Source of the DNA: Candidatus Sericytochromatia bacterium
Lineage (GTDB): Bacteria; Cyanobacteriota; Sericytochromatia; S15B-MN24; JAQBPE01
Direction of reading: 5' to 3'
Assembly: GCA_040400605.1 (NCBI GenBank)
Contig: JBBAPZ010000001.1
Span: 222,544-260,836 of the forward strand
Length of the DNA: 38,293 nt
Shown: one piece after another, positions 26,868 to 36,296 of the stretch
Position numbering within the stretch: the stretch's first letter is position 1
Layout of the letters: every line of letters starts with the position of its first letter
Position numbers and translations under genes: made by a program
Notes under the pieces: model-generated
Told to the model about the DNA's origin: nothing
Database searches by the model: none
Seen by the model: the letters and a program-made list of their open reading frames with translations, nothing else

Positions 26868-27878
26868 ATGATGCCTGCTAACTTGCAACCAACCAACGAC
26901 AAACAGTGTCACTTGAGTGAATCTGAATGGCAGGGTTTTCGCGCGTTGTCGCTGGACAACGGGTTGTTGCGCGCAGTGGTTTTACCCGATTTGGGTGGCA
27001 AGATCGTGAGTCTGTGGCAGCATAGAACGCAACGGGAGTGGTTGTGGCACAACCCCGACCTGTCGCTTGCGGCTGGTCATTACGATGGCGACTATGTCCG
27101 ATGTTTTGATACCGGTGGCATGGACGAATGTTTTCCCAGTGTGGCATCATGTCATTATCCACACTGGCCTTGGGCGGGTACGCGGATTCCGGACCATGGT
27201 GAACTTTGGGCTTTGCCTTGGCATGTGCAGGTCTTTGAGGATGCGTCGGTCATCGAGTTACGGATGCGGGTGCACGGGGTTCGTTTTCCTTATCGCTTCG
27301 AGCGCGTAATCTGGTTGGAAGCAGGCCACGCCGCGTTGCGTTTCAGTTATCGGGTAGAAAATCTCAGTCCCTTTCCATTCTCGTTTCTTTGGAGTTCACA
27401 CCCCGTGCTGGCGCTTGAGCCTGGCATGCGTGTGTTGCTACAACCTCAGCCGATGCGTGTTTATGGGTCGCCCGGTGAGCGTTTGGGACGCTTCGGTGAT
27501 GTGCTCACGTGGCCAACGATTAAAGATGACCATGGGCGCGAGTGGCACCTTGATGTCGCACCACCGCAAAATAGCGCATTGGCGGTCAAATTGTGGGGAC
27601 GCGCCCCGGTTTATGGCGTTGTCGGATTGCGCCACGAGGCAAGTGACTCAGAATTGCAGTTTCATGTCGACCCCACGGAGATCACCCATTTGGGCCTGTG
27701 GCTCAACTATGGTGGTTGGAGTGGCGTCGATGCAGCCAGGCCGTATTACAATTTGGCGATTGAGCCGTGTCTTGGTGCCCAGGACAGTTTGGCGATCGCA
27801 TCGGATAACCTTGCAGACTGCGCCGTCGTAGGCGGTTTTGAACATCGTGGCTGGCAAATGGAGCTGAAACTGATATGA
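26868..27878 (+). CDS. Galactose mutarotase-like (aldose 1-epimerase fold, DUF5107-like) protein
   Basis: LPDLGGKIVSL, GGMDECFP, DHGELW, WSSHP and LAIEP motifs. Lies upstream of galETK. Confidence 0.75.
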   Translation: MMPANLQPTNDKQCHLSESEWQGFRALSLDNGLLRAVVLPDLGGKIVSLWQHRTQREWLWHNPDLSLAAGHYDGDYVRCFDTGGMDECFPSVASCHYPHWPWAGTRIPDHGELWALPWHVQVFEDASVIELRMRVHGVRFPYRFERVIWLEAGHAALRFSYRVENLSPFPFSFLWSSHPVLALEPGMRVLLQPQPMRVYGSPGERLGRFGDVLTWPTIKDDHGREWHLDVAPPQNSALAVKLWGRAPVYGVVGLRHEASDSELQFHVDPTEITHLGLWLNYGGWSGVDAARPYYNLAIEPCLGAQDSLAIASDNLADCAVVGGFEHRGWQMELKLI

Positions 27879-28020
27879 CGAACGAGCACGCAGCAACCCA
27901 CAACACCCAAACCTTTCGTGAGCACATGCACAAGGAAGTCACGCTCAAAGAAGACGGCCGTCGACTGATTTTTTATACTTTCACAAATACTGAAACCGAC
28001 ACCCTGGAGGAGGACAAAGC

Positions 28021-29025
28021 ATGACCATTTTGGTATTGGGGGGCGCCGGCTATATCGGTTCCGTCACCACGGCATGTTTGCTTGCGCGGGGTCACCAGGT
28101 GGTGGTGTTCGACAATTTGAGCAAGGGGCACCCGGAAGCCGTGCCCCAAGCAGCAACGCTCATTGCGGGTGACATGGGTGACAAAGCGGCCTTGCGACAG
28201 GTTTTCGCCACGCATTCCATCGATGCGGTGATGCACTTCGCCGCGTTATCGCTGGTGGGGGAATCCGTTCAGGAACCGGCACGCTATTTTGAGAATAATG
28301 TGGCCAAGGCATTGGTCTTGCTGGATACGATGCGTGAATTTGGCGTCCACAAACTGGTTTTTTCATCCACGGCTGCGGTGTACGGAGAGCCAACACACTG
28401 GCCGATTACGGAAGACGCCCCCCAACAGCCCACCAACCCATACGGCGAAAGCAAACTGGCTTTCGAAAAAATCCTGAAGTGGTACGAACAGGCTTATGGC
28501 TTGCGCTTTGTGTGCCTGCGCTATTTCAATGCAGCGGGTGCGATGCCGTGCGCGGGTGAGGACCATCACCCAGAGACGCATCTGATTCCTTTGGTGTTGC
28601 AAGTGGCGGCAGGACAGCGTGAGGCGATCAGCATCTTTGGCAATGATTACCCAACGCCAGATGGCACGTGTATCCGGGATTACATTCATGTGTTAGACCT
28701 TGCCGACGCGCACATTCTGGCGTTGGATGCACTCGCCACACGCAGTGCGACCTACAATCTGGGCAATGGCACCGGTTTTTCGGTGCTGGATGTGGTTGAG
28801 AGTGCGAGACGGGTAACCGGAAAAACGATTCCCGTGACGGTAGCAGATCGTCGGGCAGGGGATCCCGCCGTGCTGGTGGCATCGAGTGCCCGCATCCGTG
28901 AGGAACTGGGCTGGAATCCCCAACATGCTCACCTGGACACGATCGTGGCTGATGCGTGGCAGTGGTTTCAGGCCCATCCCCACGGTTACGAGACGCGCGT
29001 CCAAGCGGAGAAAAATCGTGTCTGA
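28021..29025 (+). CDS. galE: UDP-glucose 4-epimerase
   Basis: GGAGYIGS, FSSTAAVYG, YGESK, LRYFN and DGTCIRDYIHV motifs. Confidence 0.97.
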   Translation: MTILVLGGAGYIGSVTTACLLARGHQVVVFDNLSKGHPEAVPQAATLIAGDMGDKAALRQVFATHSIDAVMHFAALSLVGESVQEPARYFENNVAKALVLLDTMREFGVHKLVFSSTAAVYGEPTHWPITEDAPQQPTNPYGESKLAFEKILKWYEQAYGLRFVCLRYFNAAGAMPCAGEDHHPETHLIPLVLQVAAGQREAISIFGNDYPTPDGTCIRDYIHVLDLADAHILALDALATRSATYNLGNGTGFSVLDVVESARRVTGKTIPVTVADRRAGDPAVLVASSARIREELGWNPQHAHLDTIVADAWQWFQAHPHGYETRVQAEKNRV

Positions 29026-29998
29026 ATTGCGCTGGCACCCGTTTTTGGAAGAGTGGGTGGTCACTGCGACCCATCGTCAGGATCGCACGTTTCTGCCACC
29101 TGCCAATTATTGCCCTCTTTGCCCAACTTCCCCGGGCGGATTTCCAACCGAGGTTCCGCGCGACGCGTACGAGTTTGTGGTGTTCGACAATCGTTTTCCT
29201 AGCTTTCGCGAGCATCCGGAGGCGCCTGCCGTGCTGGAACGGCCCCTGTATCCGGTTAAGCCTGCCACAGGTGCCTGTGAGGTGGTTCTTTATACGCCGG
29301 AGCACAACAGCACGCTGGCGGCCAGAAGTGTGCGTGAATTGGTGCGACTGGTGCGCGTATGGCGTGACCGCTACCTGGAGTTGAGTGCGCGCCCGGATAT
29401 TGAGTATGTTTTCATTTTTGAGAACAAGGGCGAAGCGATCGGTGTCACGTTGCACCATCCCCATGGCCAAATTTATGCGTTCCCGTACATTCCACCCAAA
29501 ATTGGCCGCGAACTGGACGCCGCACGGGCCCATCACGCGCAAACGGGCCGTTGTTTGCACTGTGAGGTCATTCAAGAGGAGTGTGACGATGGGCGTCGCT
29601 TAGTGGCAGAGAATCAGCATTTTGTGGCGCTGATTCCCTTCTATGCGCGTTATCCCTACGAACTGCACCTTTATGCACGGGATCACCTGGAGAGTCTTGC
29701 GGACTTTACGCCGCAACATGACTTGGCATTTGCGCAGATCCTGCAGATTGTCCTGCGCAAGTACGACGCACTTTGGGAGCGCAGCATGCCGTATATGATG
29801 GTCATTCACCAACGCCCCAGCAAACGGACGCAGGATCCGGGCAGCCACTTCCATGTCGAATTTTATCCGCCATTACGGACGCCTGAAAAGCTCAAGTACC
29901 TCGCGGGATGCGAGTCGGGGGCAGGAACGTTTATCAATGACACCTTGCCTGAAGCAAAAGCCGCCGAGTTGAGGGCGTTGGAGGTGGTCAGCGAATGA
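29018..29998 (+). CDS. galT: Galactose-1-phosphate uridylyltransferase
   Basis: CPLCP, FDNRFP, FENKG...HPHGQ and KYLAG.E motifs. GTG 29018 overlaps the galE end. Confidence 0.95.
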   Translation: MSELRWHPFLEEWVVTATHRQDRTFLPPANYCPLCPTSPGGFPTEVPRDAYEFVVFDNRFPSFREHPEAPAVLERPLYPVKPATGACEVVLYTPEHNSTLAARSVRELVRLVRVWRDRYLELSARPDIEYVFIFENKGEAIGVTLHHPHGQIYAFPYIPPKIGRELDAARAHHAQTGRCLHCEVIQEECDDGRRLVAENQHFVALIPFYARYPYELHLYARDHLESLADFTPQHDLAFAQILQIVLRKYDALWERSMPYMMVIHQRPSKRTQDPGSHFHVEFYPPLRTPEKLKYLAGCESGAGTFINDTLPEAKAAELRALEVVSE

Positions 29999-31200
29999 TG
30001 GATGCCATCGAGCAGGTTTTTCTGGATACCTGGAACGCCCAGCCTTCCGTTGTGGTGCGTGCACCCGGTCGGGTCAACCTGATTGGTGAGCATACGGATT
30101 ACAATGACGGCTTCGTGTTGCCGATCGCCATCGACCACGCCATGGTCATGGCTGCACGTCCCAATGGCACGATGTGTGTCAATGCGTATTCAATGGACTA
30201 CAACAGCCACGTGTCGCTCGATTGGGAGAATCTTGATCGTGTTCAAGGGCCGACGCAGTGGCATCATTATCTGGCTGGCATGCTCGCTGTGTGGCGCGAC
30301 GCTGGATTCCGTGCCGTTGGTTTTGACGCGGTGCTTGCAGGCGATGTGCCCCAAGGCGCGGGACTCAGTTCCAGTGCCGCCTTTGAGGTCGCCACAGGCA
30401 CTTTGCTCAACGCACTGACGGGCGCCGGAGTGGATGGCGTGACGCTTGCCTTGTTGGCTCAAAAAGCCGAGAATGACGTCATTGGGGTACGCTGCGGCAT
30501 CATGGACCAATTCGTATCGGCAATGGGGGTTGAAGACGCAGCGTTGCTTATTGATTGTCGCGACCTCAGTTACCGTGCCGTGTCGCTGCAACTTGAGCCA
30601 CACGACTTGGCCGTTGCCGTGGTGCATAGCGGCGTCAGGCGCGGTTTGGTCGAATCGGCCTACAACGAGCGGCGGGAACAGTGCGAGCGGGGTGTTGCAT
30701 TGCTTGGCACCTTGCTCAATCGCACGGACGTGCGCCATTTGCGCGATGTCACCGAAGCGGAATTAAGGTCCGTCGAGGCCCTGTTGCCTGAACCCGTGCG
30801 TCGGCGCTGCAGACACGTCATCGGTGAGAACGAGCGGGTGCAAAGCGCTGTTTTGGCGCTTGAGGCGAATGATATGGTGAAGTTTGGCGCGTTGATGAAC
30901 GCCTCGCACCAGTCCTTGACGGTTGATTTTGAAGTGAGCACAAAGGAACTTGATGCCCTCGTGCGCAGGTCTTGGGACCACCCTGGTGTTTTAGGCGCGC
31001 GTTTGACAGGGGCGGGTTTTGGCGGTTGCGTAGTGGTTCTTTTGCAACGAGAGGCTTTGGAGGGGTACCAACGCGACGTGTTAACGGCCTATGCGCAAGA
31101 GACGGGTTGTACCCCGCGCCTTTGGATCACCCGCGCGCGTCGCGGGGCGCAGGTGCTTGTGCCAGGCGATCGCTCGCAAGCAACCATTCCAGTACCGTAG
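29995..31200 (+). CDS. galK: Galactokinase
   Basis: APGRVNLIGEHTDYN, GAGLSSSA, CGIMDQ and GARLTGAGFGG motifs. Confidence 0.97.
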   Translation: MMDAIEQVFLDTWNAQPSVVVRAPGRVNLIGEHTDYNDGFVLPIAIDHAMVMAARPNGTMCVNAYSMDYNSHVSLDWENLDRVQGPTQWHHYLAGMLAVWRDAGFRAVGFDAVLAGDVPQGAGLSSSAAFEVATGTLLNALTGAGVDGVTLALLAQKAENDVIGVRCGIMDQFVSAMGVEDAALLIDCRDLSYRAVSLQLEPHDLAVAVVHSGVRRGLVESAYNERREQCERGVALLGTLLNRTDVRHLRDVTEAELRSVEALLPEPVRRRCRHVIGENERVQSAVLALEANDMVKFGALMNASHQSLTVDFEVSTKELDALVRRSWDHPGVLGARLTGAGFGGCVVVLLQREALEGYQRDVLTAYAQETGCTPRLWITRARRGAQVLVPGDRSQATIPVP

Positions 31201-31996
31201 CGGCCCCTGCCTCCTTGACGTGGCCCGTGACACAGTGGGCGATCGCCTTGAGTGACGGATGCGCATTGCCCATGGCAACCGCCAGACCTGCACTGGCCAA
31301 CATGTCGTGATCATTGCAGCCATCTCCAATGGCCACCGTTTCGCTCAGGGGCACGCCCAATTGCTTGGCGACCCACGCGAGCGCTTGCCCCTTGCCGGCC
31401 AAGGGATGGCAAACCTCCAAAAAATTTGGCTGTGAGGAGTGTAACCAGACCTGGCCTTGCCAGATTGCCCGCAGGGATCCCTCAGCACGGGCAACCTGTT
31501 CAGGGCTTGCGATGGCGACCAGTTTGGTCGGATGATCGGCTGGATCTTCGTGACTGATTGAATCCCAAAAGCGTTGCCAACATGCCGGGACAAAGGCTTC
31601 AACCTGAGCCAGATCGGTATAGGCGGCAACGCGCGCGTTGTATTCAGGAACGTAAAGGACATCATTCACATAAACGTTGATGTGAAAGCCCATGGATTCA
31701 AGGGTCATGGCGATGGAACGGGCAAGGTGCGGATCCAGTCTGCGATGCGTTAATTGCCGAGCGCCGTCCGGGGTCACAATCATGGCCCCGTGATAGCAAA
31801 TCATTGGCGTGGTGATGGCGAGCGCTTCGGCATACGGCAGGGTCGAGCGACACATCCGACCGGTTGCAAGCACGAAGGCCACCTGACGTCGTTGAATCGC
31901 GCGAATGGCCTCGAGCGTGCGCGACGGGACCGTTCGACTCTGATCGAACAAGGTCCCGTCCATATCGGCTGCAATCAGGCGGTAGCGTCTCATCAC
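31127..31996 (-). CDS. Cof-type HAD-IIB hydrolase
   Basis: DMDGTL, ATGR, KG.AL and GDGCNDHDM..AMGNA motifs. 3' end overlaps galK by 74 bp. Confidence 0.92.
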   Translation of the reverse strand: MMRRYRLIAADMDGTLFDQSRTVPSRTLEAIRAIQRRQVAFVLATGRMCRSTLPYAEALAITTPMICYHGAMIVTPDGARQLTHRRLDPHLARSIAMTLESMGFHINVYVNDVLYVPEYNARVAAYTDLAQVEAFVPACWQRFWDSISHEDPADHPTKLVAIASPEQVARAEGSLRAIWQGQVWLHSSQPNFLEVCHPLAGKGQALAWVAKQLGVPLSETVAIGDGCNDHDMLASAGLAVAMGNAHPSLKAIAHCVTGHVKEAGAATVLEWLLASDRLAQAPAPRDARG

Positions 31997-32068
31997 ACCC
32001 GTATAGTAACATGACCGTCAGACGCGAACCGCTTTTGTTGACCTGTGTCAGATGGAGCGCCCCAGACG

Positions 32069-33001
32069 ATGACACCCCCTGAGCAAATCCTGGTTATCAC
32101 AGGCTTGTCCGGCGCCGGCAAGACGCGCGCGCTGCGCTGTTTTGAGGATCTCGGTTATTTTTGTGTTGACAACTTGATCCCGCCATTGCTCCCGCAACTC
32201 ATTTTAATGGCGTTGCCGCGCTTCGGCCGCTTGGCCGTCGTGATGGACATTCGCGGCGGTGCGTTTTTTGGTGAATTGGCGGGTGCCCTTGAAGAAGCCT
32301 TCGATGCGGGTCATCCCGTAAAGGTTCTGTTTTTGGAGGCCGCAGACGAAGCGTTGGTGAAGCGCTTCAGCGAAACGCGTCGACGCCATCCCATGACGGG
32401 CCTGGATACACCCTTGCTCCTTGGCATTCGGGCCGAGCGCGAGCGCTTGGTTCCAATTCGGGCAGAAGCCGATTCCATCGTCGACACGACGGAACTGTCG
32501 CCGCGGCAGTTGAAAGAAAAGTTATTGTCCCTGTTTGCGCAATCGGATTCGCAACATGATGCCTTGCAGGTAACGGTTCAGAGTTTTGGCTATAAATTTG
32601 GCGCGCCCCTGGATGCTGATCTCGTCATGGATGTCCGATTCTTGCCCAACCCCCATTACGATCTCAACTTGAGACCCTTTACCGGACTGAATGAACCGGT
32701 GCGCGATTTTGTACTGCAGCATCATGTCACGCAAGCATTCATGACCCGCTACATCGACTTGCTGAATTTTTTGTTGCCGCATTACCGGGATGAAGGGAAG
32801 ATGCACCTCACCCTCGCGGTTGGATGTACCGGGGGCCGTCATCGCTCCGTTGCCATCACGCATCATTTGGCTGACTATCTCAAACAGTTGGGTTACCGCG
32901 TTGTCGAAAGTCATCGAGACATCGAGCGCCACCCAGGTGATTATGTGGTGAATCAGGCGCCGACACCGGTGGAGCACGCCGGTTTGGAGCCTTTGCCTTG
33001 A
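32069..33001 (+). CDS. rapZ: RNase adapter RapZ (YvcJ)
   Basis: ITGLSGAGKT, CVDNL, ETRRRHP, SFGYK.G, DVRFLPNP and GCTGGRHRSV motifs. Confidence 0.95.
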   Translation: MTPPEQILVITGLSGAGKTRALRCFEDLGYFCVDNLIPPLLPQLILMALPRFGRLAVVMDIRGGAFFGELAGALEEAFDAGHPVKVLFLEAADEALVKRFSETRRRHPMTGLDTPLLLGIRAERERLVPIRAEADSIVDTTELSPRQLKEKLLSLFAQSDSQHDALQVTVQSFGYKFGAPLDADLVMDVRFLPNPHYDLNLRPFTGLNEPVRDFVLQHHVTQAFMTRYIDLLNFLLPHYRDEGKMHLTLAVGCTGGRHRSVAITHHLADYLKQLGYRVVESHRDIERHPGDYVVNQAPTPVEHAGLEPLP

Positions 33002-34305
33002 ACGTATCGAGTGGGTGGAAATACTGGGCGTGGGTGTTGCCTGGTATGGGGATCAAACGCTGGCTCACGATGACCGCTTGTGGCATTTTGGCCATCAATG
33101 CGGCAGTTGGGCTGTGGGTCTACCAGATGATGCGGCAGCCTTTGGTCCACGCCTTGCTGGCGTGGGCTTGTCTGGCACTTGGGCTCATTGGGGTGGGGAT
33201 TGGCATCAGCCGCATCATGGCAGCCGTTGTCGCGGTACTCAGACCCGACGCCGACCTGCTTGAGGCACTGTATCTCAACCGCAGTCGCAATCGGGGACCC
33301 AAACTGGTCGCGATTGGCGGCGGGACTGGCCTTTCAACCCTGTTGCGCGGACTCAAGGTCTACTCGAACAACATCACGGCGATCGTCACGGTGGCGGATG
33401 ATGGGGGCAGTTCGGGACGTTTGCGAACGGAGTTGGGTGTCTTGCCGCCGGGTGACATTCGCAATTGCCTGACAGCGCTCGCCGGCGAAGAGCGCCTGTT
33501 GACGGATCTCTTCCGATTTCGCTTTCCCGGTGAGTCAACCCTCGGTGGCCATGCCTTCGGTAACCTGTTTTTGGCTGCCATGGTTGGTGTCACAGGCGAT
33601 TTGATGAACGCAATTCGCTCCGCAAGCCGGGTACTCGCCGTTCGCGGTGAGGTGTTACCCGCCACGATGACGCAGATGACGCTGGTCGCCAGCTATGAGG
33701 ATGGCAGCGAAGTGAAAGGCGAATCCCACATCACCGCGCAAAAGGGGCGAATCACCAACCTGTGGTGCGAACCACACCTGCCGGATGTTCTCCCTGAAGC
33801 CGTGCGTGCAATCGAAGAAGCCGACGCCATCATCATCGGCCCGGGCAGCCTTTATACCAGCCTGGTTCCGCATCTGCTGATTCCAGGTTTGCGTCTGGCC
33901 CTCGAACGCGCCAAGGCCCCCGTTATTTATGTCTGCAACGTGATGACACAAACCGGTGAAAGCGACCATCTCAGCGCAGGTGACCACCTCGCCGTGCTTC
34001 AACGTTTCGGTGGCACATCTTTTATTGACAGCATTCTGGTCAATGACGTCATGCCGTCGCGCCTCCTCAATCATTATTCGACCCAAGGGCAATTTCCGGT
34101 GGTGGTCGACGAGGAACGTCTTGCAGCCATGGGCGTTGAACTCTTCAAAGGGGCACTCATTGATGAAGCCGAAAGCGTCCGGCATCATCCGGCTCAGTTG
34201 GCCGCTGCCATCATGCAATGGTTTGGTGCACGCCTCCCCAAACACTACGCTGCCATCCGTCCCAATCAACGAGAATTCGCCAACCCGTCAAGAGGAGAGA
34301 CCTGA
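32998..34305 (+). CDS. yvcK: YvcK/GlmR family protein with N-terminal TM helices
   Basis: PG.GIKRW plus two hydrophobic segments; IGGGTGLS, VADDGGSSGRLR, PPGDIRNC and GPGSLYTS motifs. Confidence 0.93.
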   Translation: MNVSSGWKYWAWVLPGMGIKRWLTMTACGILAINAAVGLWVYQMMRQPLVHALLAWACLALGLIGVGIGISRIMAAVVAVLRPDADLLEALYLNRSRNRGPKLVAIGGGTGLSTLLRGLKVYSNNITAIVTVADDGGSSGRLRTELGVLPPGDIRNCLTALAGEERLLTDLFRFRFPGESTLGGHAFGNLFLAAMVGVTGDLMNAIRSASRVLAVRGEVLPATMTQMTLVASYEDGSEVKGESHITAQKGRITNLWCEPHLPDVLPEAVRAIEEADAIIIGPGSLYTSLVPHLLIPGLRLALERAKAPVIYVCNVMTQTGESDHLSAGDHLAVLQRFGGTSFIDSILVNDVMPSRLLNHYSTQGQFPVVVDEERLAAMGVELFKGALIDEAESVRHHPAQLAAAIMQWFGARLPKHYAAIRPNQREFANPSRGET

Positions 34306-35231
34306 TGTCGTTCTCACGGGATGTGCGCAATCAGGTGTCACAATTGCCGATCGAGAAAATGTGTTGTCGACAGTCGCAGTTACTGGCGCTCACGGTCGTC
34401 TCGACAACCAGCAGCTATCAGCGTGACGGCGTGGCTTACCTGCTATTTTCAGTGGATAACGCGGCGGTGGCCCGACACCTGTTCAAACTTGGAAAAGCCA
34501 TTTACGGGCGGTCACCGCGTGTCGAAACCCTGCTTGACACCCCTGGTCAAAAGCATGCATCGTTTCGCGTTTTGATCCCTTTGGAGGATATGGGTCGCGT
34601 GCCAACCAGCCTCACGTTTGCGCAACTGAAAACGACGTTAAATCGCAAAGCATGCTGTCGCCGCGCATTTTTACGGGGCGCCTTTATGGGTTGTGGTTCA
34701 CTGGTGACACCGCACAAAGCCTATCACCTGGAATTCAATGCCGGCGAAGACGTCTGCGCATGGCTAGTTGATTTATTACACACCGAAGGGCTGCAAGGCC
34801 GGGCGTATCAACGCAGCCATTCATCCGATATCTGGACCGTGTATGTCAAAGATGGCAACGAGATTGCGCAGTTTCTCTCGCTCATCGGGGCCCATCAGGC
34901 ACTGATTCAGTGGGAGGAGGTGCGGGTTGGCAAGGATCTGGTTAACAACGTTCAGCGCGTCGTCAACTGCGAAACCGCCAACTTGAATCGCACCTTGCAA
35001 TCCGCTGAACGCCAGGTCAAGGAGATACAGTTTCTGCTGGATCACGGGCATTTGAACCAGGTGCCAGATGATTGGCGCGCGATCGCACTCGCACGGCTCG
35101 AACTGCCCTACGCCAGCCTCACCGAATTGGGTCGTCAGGTCTCACCACCGCTCAGCAAATCCGCCGTCAACCATCGCTTGCGCCTGTTGCATCAACACTT
35201 TGAAAGCCGCTTCGAGCGAGGCACAATGTAA
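34305..35231 (+). CDS. whiA: DNA-binding protein WhiA
   Basis: MSFS..V, FLRGAF..GS...YHLEF, RVVNCETANL and SKSAVNHRLR motifs. Start overlaps the yvcK stop (TGATG). Confidence 0.93.
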   Translation: MSFSRDVRNQVSQLPIEKMCCRQSQLLALTVVSTTSSYQRDGVAYLLFSVDNAAVARHLFKLGKAIYGRSPRVETLLDTPGQKHASFRVLIPLEDMGRVPTSLTFAQLKTTLNRKACCRRAFLRGAFMGCGSLVTPHKAYHLEFNAGEDVCAWLVDLLHTEGLQGRAYQRSHSSDIWTVYVKDGNEIAQFLSLIGAHQALIQWEEVRVGKDLVNNVQRVVNCETANLNRTLQSAERQVKEIQFLLDHGHLNQVPDDWRAIALARLELPYASLTELGRQVSPPLSKSAVNHRLRLLHQHFESRFERGTM

Positions 35232-35314
35232 CGGGGCCAAGCGCCTCAGCAAGCGTCAGGCGCCTGTCAGCACCCGATGGGGACAAAACGCCGTGTGATG
35301 GCAAAGCGGTACCG

Positions 35315-35418
35315 TGACGCACAGGTTTCTGTTAAAACCTTGTGTGAAAAACCTCAAAACATCTGTCACTCACGTGCTGCTATTCAACACGAGCCATCAT
35401 CTGATCACCACTCAACGC
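35315..35418 (+). repeat. Dispersed 104-bp intergenic element, copy 3
   Basis: Ungapped homology to 3052-3155 and 14997-15100. Confidence 0.85.
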
Positions 35419-35509
35419 GTTTTCGTGTGGGCGTCAGGGACCAAGTGGGCCCGGTGGGCACCGGTGCCGCGAACACACGCCCAGATGTGATGTGAGCCAG
35501 ATATAATTC

Positions 35510-35537
35510 TTGCAAATTGGGCATGAGTCACTATAAT
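35510..35537 (+). promoter_or_regulatory. sigma70-type promoter of hpf
   Basis: TTGCAA-16 bp-TATAAT, about 100 bp upstream of ATG 35640. Confidence 0.65.
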
Positions 35538-35639
35538 TGGGGCGGCAGTGAGGGGTGTGACGGTATGTTGTGTCAGACACCCACTGCCCTTGGCGGACAG
35601 TCCAATCGGACGATGTTGAAACATTGAGAGGGGCTTGCG

Positions 35640-36215
35640 ATGGATCTGCTGATCAGAGGCAAGAATGTAGATGTGACTGAATCACTGCGTGACTACGCGC
35701 ACCAGAAGCTCGGTCGCATAACCAAGATTCTCGACGGCATCATCGACGCGCAGGTGGGGTTTAACGTCATCAAAAACAAGAGTGTCCACAACAACCAGAT
35801 TGTCGAGGTGACCCTGCATCTTTCAGGGGGCGTGATTCGCGCGGAAGAAGCCAAAGACAACATGTATGCGGCAATCGATTTGGTGACGGACAAACTGGAG
35901 CGGCAACTCCGGCGCTTCAAAGGCAAACACCACACCAACTTTGAACGGGTCAAAACCTCAGGCGGCGTTTTGGAACTCGAACCACCGGCCGCCGTCGTCA
36001 GTGCGGAGGAGTTTGAGGAAGAGAGTGACACCCCACAAATCGTTCGCAACAAGAGTTTCGAGGTCAAGCAGATGGACCCGGGCGAAGCGGCGCGTCAGAT
36101 GGAATTGCTCGGCCACAACTTTTTTGTGTTCCTCAATGCGGAAAACGATAAAATCAACGTACTGTATCACCGTCGCGACGGTCATTACGGGCTGATCGAA
36201 CCAGTCTTGGCCTGA
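35640..36215 (+). CDS. hpf: Ribosome hibernation promoting factor, long form (HPF/RaiA)
   Basis: IRGKNVDVT, MYAAIDLVTDKLERQLRRFK and C-terminal QMELLGHNFFVF...YHRRDGHYGLIEP. Confidence 0.95.
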   Translation: MDLLIRGKNVDVTESLRDYAHQKLGRITKILDGIIDAQVGFNVIKNKSVHNNQIVEVTLHLSGGVIRAEEAKDNMYAAIDLVTDKLERQLRRFKGKHHTNFERVKTSGGVLELEPPAAVVSAEEFEEESDTPQIVRNKSFEVKQMDPGEAARQMELLGHNFFVFLNAENDKINVLYHRRDGHYGLIEPVLA

Positions 36216-36250
36216 TTGATCCCGCGTGGTACGTCTCCACGCTACCGCTT

Positions 36251-36283
36251 GTGGCGCCGCACAGTAGTGCGGCGCCACCTTTG
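36251..36283 (+). terminator. Perfect 12-bp stem-loop after hpf (terminator or stability hairpin)
   Basis: GTGGCGCCGCAC-AGTA-GTGCGGCGCCAC followed by CTTT. Confidence 0.65.
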
Positions 36284-36296
36284 ATGAGAGATACCC

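Noticed and set aside
35343..35358. CRP-like site TGTGA-N6-TCAAA
   Set aside because: It lies within element copy 3, is not kept in the other copies, and is far from the hpf promoter.
35232..35639. Large raiA-motif ncRNA upstream of hpf
   Set aside because: I see none of the conserved segments I recall for that RNA. The gap is explained by element copy 3, a promoter and a leader hairpin; a cmscan would be decisive.
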